Below, one piece after another: positions 39,801 through 54,500 of a stretch of 64,000 nucleotides of DNA. Position 1 is the stretch's first letter. Every line of letters starts with the position of its first letter. Below the pieces are notes generated by a model. It saw nothing but the letters and a program-made list of their open reading frames with translations. It was not told the DNA's origin and made no database searches. The position numbers were made by a program, and so were the translations under genes. Source of the stretch: Ylistrum balloti (Eukaryota); NCBI RefSeq assembly GCF_031769215.1, contig NW_026781965.1, positions 2,356,001 through 2,420,000 on the forward strand, written 5' to 3'.

Positions 39801-41975
39801 AAGGAAACATTTATTTATAATCCCATGAGCCTTACATAAAGTAGGGAAACATACAAGTAAGTATTTACCTCAATACATAGTCATACAGTTTATATTGTAT
39901 CTACATTCATTATTGTTGGCGATTGACATTAATTAGTGACAAAATTACATGGACTGTCTGTTCATTGTCATTGCTAAGGACAACACAAACGGTGGTATTT
40001 TTTATTAGATCACTCCGCCATAATTTCCACTGTGTTTAACGGTATTCAATATTTAATATTCCTGTAGAATTCACTCTATTTATCATCCAATAAGCAAAAA
40101 ATGGGAAGTTTAATAGATGTTGTTATATCACAACCAATTCTATTTTTCTGAGTGACAAAAGTTTAAAATGGAAATGTTGATTTTTATATAACCACACACA
40201 ACCCTTGGTATAGGAAGAAATATATTACTGTCCAATCTAATCCTACAAATTTCTTTTGTAAAAAAAAAAGAATCCAGACAAATGTATTGCTTCATGCTAA
40301 TGGAAAGAGAAGCATGGAAATATCATGGAACATCTAGTTGTGCTATGTATAAACTTTTCTGCCATACATGTATGTCTCATGCCAGACACAACAATGTAAC
40401 TGTTTGACAATCCTCCATACTCCAGGGGTTACAATCACTTTTGCTCTCTACACCCTTGGAATATTAACTGGCTAAATTGAAAAGCAAGGTAATTTGGTTG
40501 GTCCAGAGCTGGTTTCAGGTGGGAAAAACCCCTGACAATCACAATAAAGTTTTCTTGTCTTAACCACAAAGTATCCTATATGGAACCTCTGATTTTGCCT
40601 TGAAATTTTTCAGGGCTGCAAGACCTACAGTGAGTGAGTGTAACCCCAGGGTATGAAGATGTTTGACTTGCAGCATCACCATAATAGCCATTTTTTTTCT
40701 TTTCAAAATGCTTTTATCTGCTCTTGAAAGCAGTTATTGATTGTTGCAGCATTAGTTTGCATGAGAAAACTATGTCTTATCACAAATTCATGACATACCT
40801 CTTAAATTATGTAATATCAACAACCATTCCCATGAGCAGATAACTCTGCATCACCAAAAGTTGGAATTAGAAAGAATGTGTCTCATTTTAGAATGAGAAG
40901 CAACATGTAATCACAAGGTTTACTTAATGCATTTGGATAAGGTTTGTATAAGGTGATGATGAAGAATGCACTGTACTCTGCAGGAAAAATAAATGTTCTG
41001 ACAAATGTTGTCAAAATGAAATAATGTCAAATTACCTCTTACTATCAGAATTAGGATGCCAACAAAATAATCCCCCTCCTCAAAAAATGCTTCAATCTCA
41101 GACTTACAAAGTATTCTTTGTAAATTTTCAATGGCAGGTAAGGCAGAATTAAAACCTCAAATGACACCAAGAAAAATCCAACATCAGTCTTGCAGTCATG
41201 TACAAAAGCAATATACACTCTGACGTACAACACTTGGTAGTATTCAAGTTCAATATCCTAGCTCTAGGTGGAAGGTGGTAGTCATGTCACACATACACGG
41301 AGTAAACATCTAGTATACCATTACACTGGATGGACTTGTAGTAGTGGATACCATAATCACCTGCCACCTATGAAACTCGGGGACTGATTTCCAGATCATA
41401 TTTGAAATAGTGTGGGGTCACTCTTCCCTACAATATAGAATTTTCTCTATGTACACCAGTTTCTTTTGAAGCAAGACCCCCTTCAATATGGGACAACTGA
41501 TAGCGATAAATGTCTATAGTTGATAAGATCTGTTGCACAATTCTTCTAAAATAAGTATTAATTTACAAAAACACAAGACTTCCAGAGTTATGTCCCCTTT
41601 CAAATTCATTTTTTACTATATATTACATTTGCACCGACCTGATCATAGAAAATCTTTATACAAATACATTCTTGTCTTTACTAGGTAATGTTCTAGGTCT
41701 TCACAATATCATCAGATAATGCACTGGCTGTAAATCTGTCCATTTGAATGATAATTACAAGTATCTTTTATTTATTAATGTAGAATCAGGAACAAGGTTT
41801 TAAGAAAATCTATTTTCACTAAAAAAAAAAAAAAAAGAGAAAGAAGAATAAACCTTTTCACTCATACACGACTGAATGTTCAGTAAATTTGACAGTATAA
41901 TTGTTTGGGTTTTTATATCCAAGCAAATGAAGTGAACACATTTAACGTTTCACAACTTCCAACTTCTGATGAAGT

Positions 41976-44900
41976 TCATTTTTTGCCACCACCCCAGAGC
42001 CAGCCTTTCACCATGCCAGTGATGCCACTGCCGGCCTTCTTCTGTTCCACCTTGTCCTCCAAAGAAGGGAATTCCATATTGTTCAGCGCCAGATCAAAAA
42101 ACAGTGGCCGACAAGGAATTGGTTCAAAGTCTGGTGGGAAGGAAGTTACGTTGGGTTTTTTACTCGTCAGTGACTTATCATTAACATACTGGTCAAGACG
42201 GTCCGCAAGAGGCTGAAATATGTAAGTTTTCAATTTGAAACCATGCTGAAAGAATCTACAGAACATATACATTTTCGACAAGAGTTTCAATTATGAAAAA
42301 TGTTTTGTCATTGCAATAAGGTCTGCTTCAATGCCAAATAAAGTTAGAAAATGTGTAAAATTGTAATAACAAAGACATCTTCATATACAAGTTACAATAT
42401 CTCAAGGCAATCCATGATGGACTGACTCTTAGTGTGTCTAGATTACCTATTTTCGGCCAAGCATTTCAGACCTCTGTGTAAATGGTAGGCCAATTCACAG
42501 ACACAGTTTAATAACATCATCATTTCCTTTTAAATATGGTTGATACTTATGACATCATAACCAATTTCTGGTCTTCTCTCTTCGTGGTCAGAATTTTTAA
42601 TACCCAACATTTATGAATGTTACCAATCTACTGCATAACAAGATATTTTTGAGGAGATGATATTTTGGATATGGAAGATTAACATGATCACAGAAATCTG
42701 ATCCATGAAAAAATAAAGACACCTCCTAATTCTATCCTTGCTATAAAGGTGCTACTGAATGCTGTTGTCATATATATATACCATCACAAGTCTTCTTATA
42801 CATTTGAAAAAAATATAGAACTTAATGAGTGAAAATCAAATTAATTTGAAACAGATTAAATGTAGGTAATACAAAATTCTTAAAAAATTTTGTAGAATAC
42901 TTATATTTATAAGCATAAAATCATTATCAAATCACATTCAATCAAGTTGGTGTTTGATAAATACATTATCGTGAAACTAAAACTTCAATCTGAAGCAAGC
43001 TGTGTGAAATTTGTATATTTCAATTTGTTGAAATTCCAATTTTTGCTTTAAAATAAAACTCACGAAAACTTTCACCAGCAAAAATAGACAACTTCAAAAT
43101 AATTCTGTTCTGATAGCAGTCTACAAAAAATAAATCTTTCTATTTATTTACACACAAATTGTACCTTCAGCTTAAATAATATGATGATCACATTTTTCAA
43201 CTGCAAATTTACTGCAAAAGGTGTCACCTTTATCTCAATAACTATACAGTATACTTAGACACTTAACAAGTCTTACCGTTTTTGAATTAAAAGACATTGT
43301 GCTAAACTGGTCTGTAACATCATTGACATCCAATATACTTCTGGCGTGGCAGGAATACTTCTCTCCTTCTACTAATTTTTCTAGGTCTTCTAAACTATCC
43401 ATCTCTCCCTGTGTTAATTAAAGTATGTCACTTAAAATCAGATAAGCCAAAACCTTCATATAGTGCAAACTAAGATTTGATGTAAAACTGTTATCAAAGA
43501 ATTGATTTTCATAAATTTCATATTTTGTCAATGGAAGTAAAAGAATAATTCATCGACCAAATTTCTTCAATTCCTGAAAAATCAAAAGGCAATATATTTG
43601 CAGATTATTCAAAGTCTACCTTGTACATCAACATCATTGCCTTTGGTAATTTCTTGAAACCGTCCTTTGACGAAGTTAAGTATGTAATACACCTCTCCAT
43701 CAATGCGATTGCTTCTGTCCACTTCTTGGCTCCAACATATGATTGAGCTATATAATATGACCTAAAATTTAAAAATGTATATCATTGTAATATTACAGAG
43801 AGACAGCAAATGTTTTTAGGCACAGTTTCACCTCCTATGATACAGGTACACTTATCACAAATCATATCAGTAAAACATTTCATGTTGAGTTGATCTTCCT
43901 ATTGTCATTTTAAATTAATTGTCAATGTGGTTGAAAAGTGGGTCAACTTCAGAGCTTTTTGGAATAGAGGTACTAAAGAAATCTCAATACGAAAGACCAA
44001 AAACCAGGAATAATGAGGTGAACATTTTTTTCAGGTTTATGCTTTACCTAAATGCTTTAAAACCTAATATCCTGGCTTCCATTTCTTCCTCTAATGAAGA
44101 ATCTTCTTGTAAACCAGGTAAAGCTGGAATTTCTGAAAGATTCTGCAAAATAGAACACAAGAAATTTATAATCTTAACAAGTATAGCTATAATTTTGACT
44201 GGGGTTGTTTCATTTAAAACATGAATCATACAACTTTTTTTTTTAATTTCAAGAATTTGATAAAATGTGGATGATTAGGTGTAAGTTATACTTCAAATTA
44301 ATATCCACCATCTAGTTTGATGTCTGAATATTAGCAACAACTTGCTTGTTAAGAAAATGATATCCATAAATAACAGAAGCTTTCTGCTCTCTTATAGTCT
44401 ATAGAAGACCAGATGAGGACACTTGTTAACTGCCTTATACAGTAAACAAATTAATAACGAGTAGGATCCGTCATCATTAAACAAAGATTAAACAAGGGAA
44501 ACAACTAATGATAAAGATCAAACGTCTCTTTCTGACCTACCTGTATCATTATGTCGTACAACCGGACTAAATCCTGAGGTTTGGTAATCTTTCTACCTTC
44601 CTGAACCTGCTTTCCTGGCAGAAAGTTTTTGAGTGACTCTATAAGCAGCAGATTACGTTCCACAGTCTTGGTGAGTCGTGTATAGGTTAGATAAGTGTGA
44701 AGGTAATGCTGGTTTGATATCTTCCCTTCAACTGTTTGTCCTCGGATGGCTAATTTGAAGTTCTGTTAAGTAACAATACAGAAATTTATCAATGCATAAA
44801 AGGGTTAAAAAACAGAATTTTCAGTAAATTTGTTTTCATTTATATGCTGGTTCACAAATTATTTAGATCCAATAAATATGCATCATCATATGTCTTGTCC

Positions 44901-47900
44901 ACACTACTGAGATATGTTTCATTTTGAGCTTAATGAAAAATGTTTTTTTGAATACACTTAGATGGACCTTGCCCTCCCCCTTACCCCCAAATAAAAGAGA
45001 GAGAAAGAAAAAAAATACAAAAAAATCAATATTGATTACTACATAGCATGGTACTGACTGCCAGGTATAAAATCGTCATCAATGACTTACAAGTTTAAAC
45101 CATCAAAGAATATGTCATCATGAATATGTCATCAATCAATGGGAGATAATTTACCTATCATTATAAATCAGACCTCCTTCCAGACTGATTATTTTACTTA
45201 CAGCATCTTCTTGTAAGGCATCACGAAGGACTTGCTGAGCATCAATGCACTGTTTCAGCAAACTCTCATAAATTGACACTTTACTGTCAGTGCTCTCAGC
45301 ACTCTCGATCTCCTTAATACTCTCCTGTAGATTAAGCAGGAACAGGCGGACAGGCTCACTTTTTACAGGCACTGTACGTCCACGCCAAGGAAACTCTGAG
45401 AGAGTTGCTGCTTGCTTCTCTCTGGTCTGGGATAACAAATCCTGAAAAACAACACAAATATATACAAAACCAATGGGCCAACTAGTGTTCTTTATTGAAA
45501 ATGTACACTTCTATTACATACACAATAATTAAAAATTTGTAGAAATATTAGTTAACACAACCAATGTGTTTCCCATCCCTTCTTATTCAAGTTCAAAATT
45601 AACAGTACGTAACTATTTAAATAATGTTGGCTTGAAAATATCTGTGACTTTTTCTCAAATGTTTCCTTTGAAGACTGATAAGTTTCACCTAAGGAAGTTG
45701 ACAAGTGTTGGTAGGAACACTTAAATATATGGTAAGTACTTTTATTAAGGTGATCATTGACAAATGCAAAAGTCTTTCAAGTTTAATGCAGATGGCAATG
45801 TATGGTGGAAAGAACATCTAAAAATTCATTGGAAATTATGACAAAACTTTCAACATATCTATCATGTTTCGTTTCTTTGCACCTTTAGCAGAAGTAAAGA
45901 CTCCACAAAGACACTTTTAGATTCTAATAAGTATTCAGGTATGGTCTTACTTACATCTAGATGTGAGGTGAACTGATTTTCTCCTCCTCTACGCCTCATC
46001 TGCTTGAGTTCTGAGATGGCAGACTCATCTCCTATGTTGTAAGCGCAGTAACGTATGTTTGGTGTCACTTCCTCCACTTGTTGTAGGTACACAGACTGAA
46101 GTTCTTCTGTAAATGCACTGGCCAACTTCTCATATATTGTCCTGCAGACACAACAGTTACATATTGTTAGTGAACCTTAAACATCACACAGGGTTTTTAG
46201 GGAGTCAAATTCAAGAATATTGTAGGGTCTTTTAAGGGTAATAATCAAAAGAATATGGGTTCATTTTATTTTTCCATCAATATTTCAATTTCAAATGTCC
46301 TGATGGTGAGGCAGTAGTTTGTGTTGAACAATTGTTTCTCAGATATTTATATTTTTGTTCATTTTTTAAAAGCCCTCTCAAAATAAGAATTACAAAAAGG
46401 GAAACAATTCAGAAAACAAATTCTAAATGTATAGATTTAGGGTCTTTTTAGGGTTAAACCTCAAATTTAGGGTCTTTTTAGGGTTAAACCTAAAATTAAG
46501 GGTCTTTTTAGGATTAAACCTCAAACGTGTGTCTGTTTAATTTTAAACCTCAAATTAAGGGTCTTTCGTCACTTTAAATCAAATTTAGGGTGTTATTATG
46601 ACAATACTAAAAATTCTGCATCTTTTCAAGACTCTGCAATCTGTCAACCCAGACACAGGAGGTTATCCCATTTCTAGGAAAAATTAAGATGTAATCCAAA
46701 TGGTTTGGTATGTTATGCAGTTATCTATTTATATCTATATCTCAAAGACTATTGAATATAAACTTACTTGGTTTCTGTGTAGTATTCTATGGCACTTGCC
46801 CAGTTTTCACTTTCAAATTGCAGTCCAGCTTTCATCCACATCACATATCCCTGAAGAGATAAATCAGCCAATGAAATTCTGTTTTTCATGATATGATTTT
46901 GATAATTTTCAAGATAAGGCATCCTTTTACCATTTAGATATTACTATCATCATAATAAGATTCTCCCAGTAGACTTGTGTACTTCAGTGCTTGATTAAAA
47001 TCAATCATACTGGGATCTGTGTATATGTAAGACTAATGTTTTCACTAAAATGGTAATAGTAATGACGATTTTGTCGAGTTTTCGTTTCAGCTTGAATCTA
47101 AGCTGTTCTCTTTTAATTTCATATTAACTTTTTTTGTTCCCAAAGACATCTGTGGACGATGAAACTGCAGTTATGTGACAAGTAGAAAGACATAATCACG
47201 AGAATATATAGATATCAAAATATATAAATAAAAACTGTTTTTGCAATGTATCTGACCTGGCATTCTAATTTAGTCCTGGCATCACATTTAGGACTTTTAC
47301 ATAGCTCTTGAAACTCCTCTGCATATGTCACTGCCTTCCTGATACGTGACATCATATGGAATTTCTTCCGAGGCTCTGAATTGGCTTCTGCCTTTAATTG
47401 CATTGCATAAAACCATGCTCTCTCTGCACAAAACAGTGGCAAATGTAGAAATCTGAAAAAAAAAAAGAAAGTCAATCGCAATGTAAAATATTAAGATATC
47501 AATCAAATGGGATTCACGAATATAAATTTACTAGTAGGTATCTATTGAAAAACTGTCAACATGCAAGAGAATGAGTTTCCTTTGCTTGTCTTTTAGACTA
47601 TGTCACTGTGATTGGGAGTCTGAAGCATACATTTTACTTTCGAGTTACAAGGTCTCAACATGATAAAATAAAAGATATGGAAACTCTTTCATACACTGCA
47701 AAAACTTACAAAGAAATATCACTTTTGATATGTTAGTTTACCTGACATCTGTCAAATTTTCCATTTGAATCTTTTTTGGCTGCACTCTATGTTTAGTGCC
47801 TTGAGGAAAATGCAATGATTTTCTAATACGACGAATCCTTCTCGAACAGTAGCCCCTAGAAGAGAGATAATTAAAAGAAAATGATAAAAAGGCAATCGAC

Positions 47901-49824
47901 CATGAAACAAAACCACACAATACTGGAGTGATATTTTGATATTGCTCTTTGATTCCTTCTTTGTCCAGGGATGCTTTATTTAAAATCAGTAATTTATGAT
48001 TATATGTTATGTATGGTTTCTCTCTCTCTCTCTCATTTTTTTCTTCATTTTTTCTATTTCTTTGAGAGTTTGGTGAAATGGATGTAACAGGGGTCATTTT
48101 TTACTTCAAGACTTTTGTTATGGCTTAAATCTTGGACCTATGACATACTAGTCTTGCACATATCCAATTGAAGAGAAATCATCACTGTTACTGCTAGTAA
48201 TTGCCAGGGTTACATTGATTTGATTACATTGTTACTATTATGTTAAGATATCGAAGGTAATTCTTTTGTAAATTTAGAATGCAAACCATTTTATCCAAGA
48301 AAAGGATGTTGTATAATCAAGATAACTTGAAGGAGTGATATAAAAAGTCTACTTTCACAAGATGGTAAACTAGAAGAATTATGATTAAATATTATGGATA
48401 CAGACAGGTCCCTTAATTTGAAATCAGTAACTTACATATACTACAACTCCCCAACCCTCCTCCCCACCAAACAAAGTTTCTCTTTGCTGCAACAGACACT
48501 TTCCTTACAGAGAGGTTTTATATACACACTGCCATACCTGTATCTCTGAAAATCTCCATGTCTAAGGCCATGCTGCTGTCGTGCTTCTTTCACTAACTGC
48601 AAAACTGTTAACAACATTCTCAGTTAAGTATGTATATAATCACATGTGCAGCAAGACTGATTAAGATTTCCCACATTGCAAACTTTTTACAAAATATTGA
48701 TTTTATAAGTATTAGTATGACAATTGCAAATGAAGCAGAATTGGACTATATTGATCGTCGTCAATGACAGATAACTCCATTGGTAGAGCATCTATTTGGA
48801 GGGTCCCATGTTTGAACCCCATAGTGACCAACCCTTGTTTCAAGCAGAGTTCTTGAGATGGGGATACTCCCAGGACTGTAAATGGTTATGTCTTAAGGAG
48901 TGAAGACAATATCATTAAATTCTGACTATAAAAACAAAATCAAACATATAGACATTCCTGTCAGATTATGCACCCTCATTATGGTAGGATTTGTGATTGT
49001 GTGTACTTACTAAAAGGTAAATAAAGGGCATATTTTTATCAAAATTTATTTTTCCTATATGTTCATGAACCAAACACTGAAAATCAATCACAATTCATGG
49101 AATTCAACTTCCCATGTTTGCAGAGATATTTTAATATCGTATTAAATTTTTAATTTGCAAAGGGAACATATTCTTTTTCTTTATATAGAAATATGTTTTT
49201 TATCAATTAAATTTCCTTGTTTGCATCACTACAATTTTTGGGCAAGCAAGACCGCAATGTTTGAGCCCAGCTGGGAATCTATGACGTACAAATACAGAAC
49301 CAAACATCAAAATTTAAAACGGGTACAATTCACAAGGACCGAAACCCGGCTAAAATAAATATATTTCAAATTATCATTACACCCAGATCTTTTTTCAAAT
49401 TTTGGTAACCTGCTGGAGATTTGAAATGGAAAGAAAACATGATACCACCACCTATCAAACAAATATCTTTGTTAATTTCAACCATCATACTTCAAATCAC
49501 GCGACAAAGAAATAAAATAATCCTTGCATTTAAATATCAAGGCAATCGTGTGTATTAATAGACAGTACAGACCTAAACAGTCAAGTTACAATATAGATGA
49601 CATATGGTAAGGCTTATTTGCTTTCTGACGTAAAGTGGCCAGACCTACATCCTGCCGGCGGTGTCAGAAAAAATATACCTAATATGTTATTTAGTTTTTA
49701 ATTAAGTATTCTATGTAAATTTACCCTCGACAGTGAAGCTTTCGATTTCTGTGGTCTCTGCTGAAGATGCAGTTTCGTTACAAGTTTCAGTTTCACCGGT
49801 CATGCTTTCTCCACTCGCCGCCAT
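41976..49824 (-). CDS. SRP68: Signal recognition particle subunit SRP68, complete, 12 exons, about 604 aa
   Basis: Exons 49824-49725, 48604-48538, 47855-47742, 47452-47257, 46850-46768, 46141-45955, 45441-45202, 44762-44541, 44142-44048, 43761-43620, 43408-43277, 42212-41976 sum to 1815 nt in frame. Motifs QQHGLRHGDFQRYRGYCSRR, AERAWFYAMQLK, EPRKKFH, PIPCRPLFFDLA. Confidence 0.97.
46435..46590. repeat. 30-bp intronic minisatellite containing TTAGGG
   Basis: Unit atttagggtctttttagggttaaacctcaa. Confidence 0.85.
48771..48822 (+). mobile_element. Degenerate tRNA-like SINE head in SRP68 intron 1
   Basis: A-box-like ctccattggtagagc and B-box-like gtttgaaccc. Confidence 0.4.
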
Positions 49825-50810
49825 GTTGACACGACATCTGACTTAGCGCCACCTATAACATTAGAGTTATTCCCCTTGATTTGTTGTACGTATAGCACTG
49901 GAATATTTACAAGAAAACGAAAGGTTTTCATTTCGCTTTATATGATATAAGATAGTTGAAAGTTAAACGTGAAAAGAACAGAAACAACAACGAATTCATT
50001 TTTATGAAGTAATCTGACAGTAACGTGCCCTAGCCTCAATAGTCTTTATCACAAAACTTCCATTTTATTGAACTGTATTGAGTAAGTGGTCCCTCCGACA
50101 TTTAGCAAATTAATAAAATTTTCAGTGCACCCATATATGTACAATGTGCACATGTAGTACCTCCACCCTATCGCCTACCGTAAACGAAAAAGAAATACTT
50201 CCCGTTAAGTAAAATGACAACGATATCTATTTTTTTAATCGGAAAACGAAAAAAGCAAAAAATGGACTAAGTATGAAATTGTTCTGATGAGGACGATATG
50301 TACATGACACATGAAAAATGCAGCAAATTTGCACATCATATGGTTCAGTTTTAAATTTCTAGGCACTTTTGAGTGTCATATTTTTGTTCTCTGGCAACGA
50401 TCGCCTATTGGTAATGATCGTTTTACTTCGAACACTTTTGAAATGACTACCAAGTTGTGGTCTTGCATCTCCGAACGGATGTATTTTATTTAGCACGTGG
50501 CTCTTCGGAACTTAACACCCACATAAAACATACTCGACAGAAAAGAAACACACAAAATTATCCCCTGCAGTTCACCTTAGCTATAAGGAAATAATGGAAT
50601 ATTTGGTCAGGTTTTACACTAAAAATTATCTCCCTTCTTGACAATCTACTCTAAAAATGAGCCAAGCTAAACGGTACGATTGTGTGGCTTTGTGAGCTTC
50701 TTTAGTCCAAATACGCGGCGTGATCAAGCCAAGCCGGATTTTTTTTCAAACGAATAACTTCAACCACATTAATTTTCCACCTTGGCATTTTGCTTTCACC
50801 ATTGACCGAG

Positions 50811-51530
50811 ATGCCACGCTTAACGCAATTTCAGAGGGATAGAGCAAAATACTGTCGCATGGCAGTTTGGTGTTGCGCTGTGTACAATTACGGTCTTTAT
50901 CCATGCTACTTTGTTCGCGGTCGTCCACGTGTAACAACCCACAAGACAGGGCGATTTGATTGTCGCACTTGTGCGACAGATTCAAGACTGCTATAGAGAT
51001 TGCGTACCTTAGGTACTCATGACAGACCCATTAGTGCTCAAACTGCCAGGAACCGCATGCGTGCCGAGAGAATCATTGCGCGCCGACCTTACCTCGGGCC
51101 ACCTCTGACACCACGGAAGCAGCACGTGCGCCTTTACTGAATGCGCAGACATGGTCAGACGGGAGAAAAAGGGTATATCGCAGACGCGGTGAGCGATTCG
51201 CCTTCACATGCGTGGTTGAATACGATAGGTCCGATGGGGCTTCTGTAATGGTTTGGGGAGGCATCTCACATGGAGTAAAAATCCCTTAGTGGTCCTGGAT
51301 CAAAAACCTCAATGCCGTTCAATACAGAAACCATATCCTTCAACTACACGTTCTGCTACTTCTCACACGTCATAACCTAATTTTCAAGCAAGACAATGCT
51401 CGACCGCATGTTGCCAATCTGTCGTGATTTTGTCACGTTCTGCCTCTGGAATGGCCCACATATAGCCCTGACATGTCTTCTATTGAACATCTGTGGGATG
51501 AGCTGGGCAGGCGTATGAGGAAACGTCATG
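50811..51530 (+). pseudogene. Second Tc1 transposase, heavily degenerate
   Basis: [56 protein letters not shown] across frameshifts and deletions. Confidence 0.9.
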
Positions 51531-54500
51531 ATAGTCTAAATTACCGTAATTTATTAATAATGAAAGCAATATTAAGTTCTTTAGGAAATTGTTCATGACA
51601 TAAGTAAATCGTAATATATTGAAATTTAATTGAGTTGTTACTGGCCGCAAGTAAAATGTGACTTCATAAAATCGCTTTTTGTTCAAAGAAAAGACAGGAT
51701 ACAAAAACATTTGGATATCGCATGGCATCATATTCAAAAAGTACAAGTGCAATCAATGATTGTCAACCCCATCGGCAGTTGCCATCGCAAAATGGGTTTT
51801 TTATGTTTAATTTTTACAAAGTTATATAGCAAAAGTATTGCGATCACTTATATAACTTTTGAGACAGTCAATGCTTAACAGGAGGGATGTGGAGGGGGGG
51901 GGAGGTTATATTGATGACGGACTTCAAGTACAAAATACGGTAAAATTCGAAACGAAACATCAATCCTAGAAATCTAGTACGTACAGCGTAGGAGGGATGA
52001 AGAATGGGGATGGGAACTTTTTGACCTAGAAGCCATTCAAATGCTTAAATACTTGGTGGATTTCAGTTTTTCGGCAAGTCCAAATCATGGTGAATTTTGC
52101 AAAGGAAGCAAAAATGAATCGCCATACAACGGCTGTAACGTAAATCTTATCAGGAGGGATGTGAGAAGTATACTTATGGACTTGGAACCTTTACAAAAAG
52201 ATAAAGAGAATTGATGCAAAATAATGTCCAAAACATGATAACTTTCACAGAAAAATACCCTAAAATTCAATCAACCATAAGCCTTTACTGAATATTAAAT
52301 AGGTGGGCTGAGGGATGTATACTGATGGACTTTAAACTTAACATTCATTTCATCTGAAGGCTACTCGGACATTTTGCATAACAGAAGTATGTAAGTTGCT
52401 AGATGGTCCACTATGATAATGTATACATTTGAAAATTTAAGTGTTTTTTTTCTATATAATTTCGTTTTGTTATAAAGATATAAAACACTGACATAGAAAT
52501 ACTACACCGTGTTTACCTACTCATTGCATGTACAGAGGCGACAGAGGTGTGAAACCCTAGCAGTTTCAAGTCTACAGCAGATACTGCAACGTTTGGGACA
52601 TTTTTTTACCCCACGTTTCGTCTTTCTAACGTTCATATATAGGAGTTGGAAGGAGGGATTGCTTAGTCAGTAGCAATATAACTAGTTGGGCATCATGCAT
52701 TCAACGGTGCGTAAGTAAGCTCTTGATTGATCAAATGGTCTAAGACCTAGCCGTAGCGGGTCTGACTTAACAGAGACGAGAGGGCCCATAGACTCTGGTA
52801 CATCTCAGACCAAGTTCTGAACTAAGTGTAGTGAATTGGCATCCATTATATAGTATTTTGTTCCCACCTACTTTACGAACGAAAAATCATTAATCTGCTT
52901 TCATTGTAATCTTATCTCCATTATCCACATCAGTATAAACATAATAAAAACGGCAAGTCCTGTCGATTCATCGGTGCCAATAAACTACACATTGGTCTTC
53001 TTTTGTTTGACAAGGGCGATACTGTTGTCAGTGAAATGTCATACGTTTTGTACTGCTTGTGATAAAATAGTTCTATTCTACAATAAATGAGTATTTCTGA
53101 AATGCCATACTGGACATGCAGGTTTCCTTTTGTCCATAGGCCGAAAAAAGATTGACAGCAAATCTTGGATTTAACAATTGCTCGAGATGTACTAAAAGGA
53201 CATTATTCATGCTTGAACACAAGCGGTTGGCAAACAGCCAAAGTTTTATCCCTTTTTGTCTAGGAGTACTGGAGTGGTCTTTCCCAAACTTCTATGTAGG
53301 TTTCTCTTACTGGATGATAACATTAACCTGTCTATAGAGAAGCAAACAGTTAAGATCAAAGGACAGAAATGATGGAACTTACCTTGAACCAACCGGGATC
53401 TGGTTCTTCAGAAGAGAAAACATTGAACGTTAGATGCCACATCTAGGTTTAAGATAAGGTTGGTTAAATTCTGTTCTATAAGGATTTTTTTGGCTCCAAC
53501 ATGATAAGGAACAGTAAGAATCATCCATTCATCACTCTCATCAAGTTTTGGCGAAGTCATATATTGAAATCGAGTTTAAACGGAAAGGAAACAAGGAATT
53601 TCGAAAGAGTAAAGTTCACATGCTTTTACCAAATGAAACAGCAGAAGGGACATAACTCCATGAAAACTACATGAAAAAGTTGGATGCATCTCTTCAAGTC
53701 ATACTAATTCTGTGGACCAACTCGGAAGTGAATCCAGTCTACACTGGGGAACAAGATGATTCACGGGCGGAATTCTGCATAACTATATTTCCATATAAGG
53801 CTGGATGACAAGCCAAGAAGTGGTGGGTAAAAATATCAAACATTCAATTTAGACACAAAACAACAGTATATTTAAAGAAATAAACCTTTATTGGGTCTTT
53901 TTAATAAATTCGGAATATCGATCAGGATTCAGGTATTTTTTTGTGTATTACCATCAATTTATAATGTTAATCATCTACATGAAACAAAGTTTATGTATAC
54001 ACAAGCCTTTTAATTTAAAATACTTCGAGATATGATGAATTTCACATCAGCAGTCCTTATAAAGAGATTGTATCTATATCAATTATTAGAAGGAAAACAA
54101 ATGATTGAGTCTTTATTTTGAGAAAATGTTTCTATTTAACGCTACTATTTTACAACTGGCAAGACCAAGTTAACTAATAATAAGTAATTATTATTCCATT
54201 CTTATCTTCTATTAAAAACTTGCTACATGATGCATAATATACAGTTTATTTCAAGTACAACCAATTATATTTTAAAATGGCCTAAAATTTATGACGGAGT
54301 TCATTACATCGTTGAATCTTGGTCAATCTTCCAGCAATTCGGTGAAAACTACCAAACAAGTCCATCACAGTCAATAAACCAGTAAATAATCATGCTAACT
54401 CTATAAAATCTATTATAATATTGAATTAGGGTATAACATGGGACTTCATTATACACCATAACTAAGTAATACAAACAGCAATACTGCATTTGCTGTAGAC

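Noticed and set aside
41905-44224. Plus-strand ORFs inside SRP68
   Set aside because: Antisense shadows of SRP68 exons
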